A program made the position numbers and the translations under genes. DNA of 20,074 bases from a virus (Duplodnaviria; Heunggongvirae; Uroviricota; Caudoviricetes), in the IMG/VR virus record IMGVR_UViG_3300013200_000006, one strand, 5' to 3'. The notes under the pieces were generated by a model. That model ran no database searches and was not told the origin of the DNA. It was given only the letters and a program-made list of their open reading frames with translations. Below, in pieces: positions 15,663-20,074 of this stretch. Every line of letters begins with the position of its first letter. Within the stretch, counting starts at the first letter, position 1.

Positions 15663-16379
15663 CTAAGAATCAGCATTTTCCCTCAACCATCGACCAATAG
15701 TAGGTTGCGATACTCCCGCTAATTGGGCGAGAGAGGTTTGTGGAAATCCTTCCTCGTGGGCACGTCGAACCAAGGAGCGTAGTTTTTGCTCCAAGGCTTC
15801 TTGCATGTTTCGACAGTCTGCAATGCTTGCTGCTGTGGAGGGGAGGACTTCTGCTACGGGAGGTGTTTCATAGTCCCGCGTCTCGTCTAAAGGCTCGTCT
15901 GTGCGGTAATGATCTCTAACAAAGGAATTGATTTCCTGCACAGTTAACCGCTCTGGGTGCGGGACATGTAAATCTAGCGAGTTTACATCTAAGGTACAGT
16001 TTTGCCTACCGAGAAGGAAGTTAAGAGTTCCTGTTCCATGGTAGTGCTCGGGGGAAAGCATCTTCTCCCAGCTTTCTGAAACCTTGATAACATGCTCTGC
16101 TACTTTGTCCAGAGTGTTAAAGCACTGCTTTATCTCGGTCCATTCGATCAGAGGGCCTGGGTCAAAGAATCGCACGACTAATCGGTAGTTAGCCTCTCTT
16201 ACCCACGGGGAAGATGTGTGTTCGTGGGTTTTGATCGCTTCTAAGACATCGGATCGGTTGGGAGAGGGTTTTGTTTCTTTTTCGGTGATCTTGTGAAGCA
16301 GTTCCTTGTAGGTATTGGCGGAAGTGATTTCGTGGGGTACGCCGAAAATGTCGGTGTGTCCTGCGGTGTAGCGTTTCAT
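15663..16379 (-). CDS. protein with C-terminal helix-turn-helix, 238 aa
   Basis: Start ATG 16379 with RBS AAGGAG; GFPQTSLAQLAGVSQPTIGRWL is an HTH pattern. Confidence 0.8.
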   Translation of the reverse strand: MKRYTAGHTDIFGVPHEITSANTYKELLHKITEKETKPSPNRSDVLEAIKTHEHTSSPWVREANYRLVVRFFDPGPLIEWTEIKQCFNTLDKVAEHVIKVSESWEKMLSPEHYHGTGTLNFLLGRQNCTLDVNSLDLHVPHPERLTVQEINSFVRDHYRTDEPLDETRDYETPPVAEVLPSTAASIADCRNMQEALEQKLRSLVRRAHEEGFPQTSLAQLAGVSQPTIGRWLRENADS

Positions 16380-16448
16380 TGTTTCTCCTTGTGGCGTCAA
16401 CACCTCCAACAATACACCACGACTAGGAAAATATACAACACATAATCG

Positions 16449-16477
16449 TTGACATACACGATGAATAATCGTATCGT
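16449..16477 (+). promoter_or_regulatory. near-consensus sigma-A promoter giving a leaderless mRNA
   Basis: TTGACA-N17-TATCGT, with ATG 6 nt downstream. Confidence 0.75.
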
Positions 16478-16483
16478 GAAACC

Positions 16484-17290
16484 ATGATCAAAAAACTATT
16501 CACACAACACCAACCCACACTCACCGCATGCACACACTTCATGCGCTACACACTCACCCCCAAAGAAGCACAAGACGCGGCTCGAACCATCGCCACCACC
16601 GCCTACGGAATCACACCCGCCACAAACACAAAACGCCCACACGCCGACTGGGAAAAAATCGGATACGCCCTCCGACGCCGCAACGCCCACACAGCACTCC
16701 GCCCCGAATACCTCTGCTACCAAGCAGACACCCTCCACAAAGACATCGAAAAAGTCTACCTCACAATCATCTTCATCGACGCCTTCAACCCCAAACACGA
16801 AACACCCACCAACACACCCGCAGTCTACTTCACCTTCCATACCAGCCCAGAAAACAGCCTCAACTTTAACCCGGCAAAGAATCACGAGTTTGACACAGAC
16901 TTTGGTGCGACTCTGACAAACCGAACCCCCCACATGAACACCTTCAACTCAGTCGTCAAAGACGCCGTTTTCGAAATCTCTCTTAACCGAGCACTGAGCG
17001 TCGAAAACTCATCCTACGCCATCTCCCGATGCGTACCACTTACCAACCCGCCCCTCACTCCAGCACCGACAAGCGGAAAAATCAAAACCACAGTACCTCT
17101 CAGAAAAGAATGGGAAACCGAAGGTAATGCAACACTACTGTGGGATGGGGTCGTATCCTGGGGAAAATACCCAGAATGGCACTCGTTTAAGGAAAAGGCA
17201 GCGGCAGATCCTAAAAACGCAGCGCGAACTTTGTGCATAGAACCGCGAGAACCAGAAACCGCACCCGAGCACTATAGCCTATTTACCTAA
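16484..17290 (+). CDS. hypothetical protein, 268 aa (leaderless)
   Basis: Long ORF bounded by a promoter and a terminator. Confidence 0.75.
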   Translation: MIKKLFTQHQPTLTACTHFMRYTLTPKEAQDAARTIATTAYGITPATNTKRPHADWEKIGYALRRRNAHTALRPEYLCYQADTLHKDIEKVYLTIIFIDAFNPKHETPTNTPAVYFTFHTSPENSLNFNPAKNHEFDTDFGATLTNRTPHMNTFNSVVKDAVFEISLNRALSVENSSYAISRCVPLTNPPLTPAPTSGKIKTTVPLRKEWETEGNATLLWDGVVSWGKYPEWHSFKEKAAADPKNAARTLCIEPREPETAPEHYSLFT

Positions 17291-17304
17291 ACTCGATACT
17301 CATT

Positions 17305-17341
17305 AAAAATCCCCTGTTGCCAGAAACCCGGCAACAGGGGA
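17305..17341. terminator. terminator hairpin
   Basis: Perfect 12-bp stem TCCCCTGTTGCC/GGCAACAGGGGA. Confidence 0.7.
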
Positions 17342-17476
17342 GTGTGTTCATTCTCTACCTTCATAAGGAAAGGTGCCTCTAAAAGAGACAGTTACACCGT
17401 AGCACACCGCGGTAGTATTCCGCAAAACAGCGTCTCCTGATACAATAAAAACACACCCCAATAAAAGGAGACAACC

Positions 17477-17569
17477 ATGGATACAAACATCATCGAGTGT
17501 CACAACTGCGGATATTTTGGTGACAGCGAAGGTTATGTTACCTGCCCCGTTTGCGAAGCACCTCTTTAA
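17477..17569 (+). CDS. zinc-ribbon microprotein, 30 aa (MDTNIIECHNCGYFGDSEGYVTCPVCEAPL)
   Basis: CxxC...CPxC, RBS AAAAGGAG, extended -10 TGaTACAAT 17438-17446. Confidence 0.8.
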   Translation: MDTNIIECHNCGYFGDSEGYVTCPVCEAPL

Positions 17570-18102
17570 ACAACCTTCAACGACCGACGCGCAACAGCCA
17601 GCCCAGCCTCGTGCATCAACTGGCCCCCAGATGAAGCACACCCACGCTCGGCTACAGCAACTGGCATACCCCTATCCCACAGAGCAAAAGCAGTAGATAG
17701 CACGCACGCGTCGGTATCAAAACCCATGACCACGGCACGCTTAATGTCGTGGTCTTGTGCTTGTTTAACCAAAATATCCGTATCCCCACTCTGTGGCGCA
17801 TAGCCCGTGTGATCCACCGTGTACTCCACGCGCCGGGTAATTGCGGGCAGTGTTCGTGTAGCAGGATCACCGGCCATACCTAGGGTGTATCCGAGTTCCG
17901 CATCAGCCAACGATCCTGGGCGGTTAACAAATCGTGTTGCAATGATTTTCCCATACCCGCCGCGGTCAATGTGATCAGCAATGTATCCTGTTACGCGCCC
18001 TTCAGGGTCAGCAGTTTTTGCAAACAAGTACTGCACATCGACGACTACAAGCATGGTATCCGAGTTGTCGCGCAGCAAAAGACTATCCACTGTGCTGTGC
18101 AT
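17566..18102 (-). CDS. cysteine hydrolase (isochorismatase/nicotinamidase family)
   Basis: LVVVDVQ, ATRF.N, VMGFDTDACVLSTA. Confidence 0.85.
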   Translation of the reverse strand: MHSTVDSLLLRDNSDTMLVVVDVQYLFAKTADPEGRVTGYIADHIDRGGYGKIIATRFVNRPGSLADAELGYTLGMAGDPATRTLPAITRRVEYTVDHTGYAPQSGDTDILVKQAQDHDIKRAVVMGFDTDACVLSTAFALWDRGMPVAVAERGCASSGGQLMHEAGLAVARRSLKVV

Positions 18103-18286
18103 TCGTTCGGTCTGCTAAAGAGGCGGCAGCAAAATATGCACGGCCAATCTCTCGTGCTGCTTCAGCGTTCATATATTCCTTTCCGCCTGGCTCAGAATCA
18201 AGAACAGAGACACCCGCTTCTTTTCCTGCAAAAGATTCCACAGCAATGTTAAGCGTGCTAGGGCCCCAGGAGGCGGGTTCGTCGTC
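18083..18286 (-). pseudogene. 3' half of a gene interrupted by the IS605-type element
   Basis: Frame DDEPASWG...EAAREIGRAYFAAASLAD begins right at the IS right-end TCAC; the ORF-track N-terminus is IS sequence. Confidence 0.6.
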
Positions 18287-18440
18287 GTGAACTACGGGGA
18301 GGCTAAAGACCTTCCCGCTTCCTGCTTCATAAACAGACAGCAATCAGATACCAAGGAAATCCTTGTTAACTGACCGTCTTACACCTATCTCCACAGGAGT
18401 TAGACTGCGTCCCACAGTCTTTATTCTTTTATGTTTTCTT
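18267..18440 (-). ncRNA. TnpB omegaRNA (scaffold to 18287; guide about GACGACGAACCCGCCTCCTG); 5' boundary approximate
   Basis: ACTGTGGGACGCAGT...CCTGTGGAGA...GTAAGAC...TGAAGCAGGAAGC plus the RE hairpin and TCAC immediately 3' of tnpB. Confidence 0.75.
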
Positions 18441-19641
18441 TAATAGCTAAACGATACATGTTTTTAGCTGCATGAACATCCCTCGAAGCACTGTACCCAC
18501 ATTGTGGACAGGAAAAAGTTCTCTTATCCAAAGAATGAGGTGTTTTTTCACCACAAACACACGTAGCTGTAGTAGCCACATACCTTTTTAAAACAGTAAC
18601 CCGAGGATGATCTACAAGCCGAGCTTTTACTCTGCCTAAAATCCCGTACTGGACACTGCGGGAACCACGCGCTTTGGAGTATTTCTTTCTCCATGAAGAA
18701 ATGTTCTCGTCTTGCATAAAGACATGCTCGTGACCGAGAGCCCAGCTGGCAACCTTGTTGGCAGCATCGTTTCGCTTGTTCACCACTTTTTGGTGTTCTT
18801 TTTCGATGAGTTCCTTTGTTTGTGCAAAAGCCTTCGATCCCTTTTCTTGACGCGCTAATTTTCTAGACAAGCGCTTGAGGCGATCTGATTCTTCGACTCG
18901 TGCGTTAACAGAAGATTCATCGGAAAAAGTGATAGAGGTAGAAACACCCATATCTAACCCAATTGTGGTGTCAGGAGTAAACTTCTTTGTAGCCAACGAA
19001 CTATGTTCGTCTTTGTTTCTATAAATAGTCAACGCTACATAGAAGTCTTTTCCTTTACGGATTAACACAGCACTAGAAAACTCGTCTGTATCAGTGAACT
19101 GGTTAAGTCCTCTCACACGCATCCATCCAGGGATATTAGCAATTTTTATTTTGCTTCCCCGAATCTTGTGTGTTCCATTGAACTGAACTAGGGGAATGGA
19201 GTTCATCTCGGAAATAAATCCAAGACTTCCCACTTTGTGTCCCTTTTTCTTCAGAGCAGCAAGTCCTTTAATGTTGTCTCGCATTCGTGACAAGATACCT
19301 TGTTGGAGTTGACCTCCCAGGACTTCGAGATTCCTAATCTCGATCTCACCGCTGGGAAGTTTCACCTCGGCGGTGTGATTAAGACCTTTACGGAACTTCT
19401 CATCGAACTGATCATGAGCAAGAGCTGTGTTGTATAGCCACTTTCCCTCCAAGAATAAGCGATCAAGTTTTTCACGCTGTGAGGAAGAAAGCTTGTTGCG
19501 TTGTATTTTCACTTTTCGCACTAGAACGTCCATGTTCTTGCGGCGTTTTCTGGTTTCTTTTTGACTTTGTGCAATACGCTTGTTTTTATCAAGGCGTGCT
19601 TTGTCATCAAGATTTTTGGTGTGAGTTTTACGCGGTGTCAT
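18421..19641 (-). CDS. tnpB: TnpB RNA-guided endonuclease family protein, 406 aa
   Basis: RuvC-I GLDMGV, RuvC-II region MQDENI, Zn finger CVC...CPQCG, RuvC-III RDVHAAKN; RBS GGAGG. Confidence 0.93.
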   Translation of the reverse strand: MTPRKTHTKNLDDKARLDKNKRIAQSQKETRKRRKNMDVLVRKVKIQRNKLSSSQREKLDRLFLEGKWLYNTALAHDQFDEKFRKGLNHTAEVKLPSGEIEIRNLEVLGGQLQQGILSRMRDNIKGLAALKKKGHKVGSLGFISEMNSIPLVQFNGTHKIRGSKIKIANIPGWMRVRGLNQFTDTDEFSSAVLIRKGKDFYVALTIYRNKDEHSSLATKKFTPDTTIGLDMGVSTSITFSDESSVNARVEESDRLKRLSRKLARQEKGSKAFAQTKELIEKEHQKVVNKRNDAANKVASWALGHEHVFMQDENISSWRKKYSKARGSRSVQYGILGRVKARLVDHPRVTVLKRYVATTATCVCGEKTPHSLDKRTFSCPQCGYSASRDVHAAKNMYRLAIKENIKE

Positions 19642-19711
19642 TCTTCCTCCTCTCGAAGTGGTAAGTTATAAGCTACACTATGGTTATAACATAAAAGATA
19701 GGAGAACCGCT

Positions 19712-20074
19712 ATGGGTTCGGTAACAATTTTGAAATACCGTCTTGATCTTACAACTAAGTACCATAAACCTGTTTTACAGGGAATCGAGCAGTCGGTGCA
19801 TAAGGCTTTGCGCCGAGTTGAAGAGGTAAGTGATTTTCGTATTCTTGATATGAGGATCGAGGATGGAAACCGTGTTTGTCTTGCTATTAAAATGTCTCCT
19901 GTATATAGTGTGGCGTCCATGGTTAATCGTATTAAGGGACTATCGCAGCACTATTTGTGGCAGGAAGAAGAAGCTCATTTACGACAGTTCTATAGGGGAG
20001 CAAAGAAGAAACTGTGGGAAGGGTCTTACTTCTGCTCAACTCTTAGCGGCGTATCAGAAAAAGATGATACTTAG
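19712..20074 (+). pseudogene. tnpA: degenerate IS200-type Y1 transposase
   Basis: TKY..PVL, SVASMVNRIKG.S, LW..SYF.ST present; HUH reads RVC; stop precedes the catalytic Tyr helix; ATG 19712 with RBS AGGAG. Confidence 0.85.

Larger units (their letters stand above)
18287..20074 (-). mobile_element. IS200/IS605-family element, IS605-type with divergent tnpA and tnpB; left end outside the window
   Basis: tnpB, divergent tnpA, and minus-strand right end GAAGCGGGAAGGTCTTTAGCCTCCCCGTAGTTCAC. Confidence 0.9.

Noticed and set aside
18287..18420. IStron (group I intron-IS hybrid) explanation for the in-gene insertion
   Set aside because: The element ends in TCAC rather than a terminal G, and no intron core is visible; the left end is outside the window

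Overview
Accessory region of a large actinobacterial (Corynebacterium-like) mobile replicon, either a megaplasmid or a large phage/ICE. No core chromosomal genes and no phage structural genes are visible. Recognisable genes: an orphan EcoRI-family adenine methyltransferase, solo tRNA-Leu(CAA) and tRNA-Glu(TTC), a WXG100-like gene plus an NlpC/P60 endopeptidase, a CD225/dispanin-like membrane protein, a beta-helix/acidic protein, a DUF1524 HNH-like lipoprotein lacking both Asn residues, and a fused type IIG-like R-M enzyme. It also has two duplicated stand-alone FtsK/EccC-type ATPase cassettes, an HTH protein, a cysteine hydrolase, and an IS605-type element (divergent degenerate tnpA, tnpB, intact omegaRNA/right end) inserted in a gene. 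Beyond the ORF track there are two promoter-plus-terminator small RNA candidates, five microproteins (29-56 aa) and a 41-bp IS200/605 end scar. The most striking signal is a mosaic of extreme A+C versus G+T strand-skew patches that ignores gene orientation. All calls are by eye; no database searches were run.
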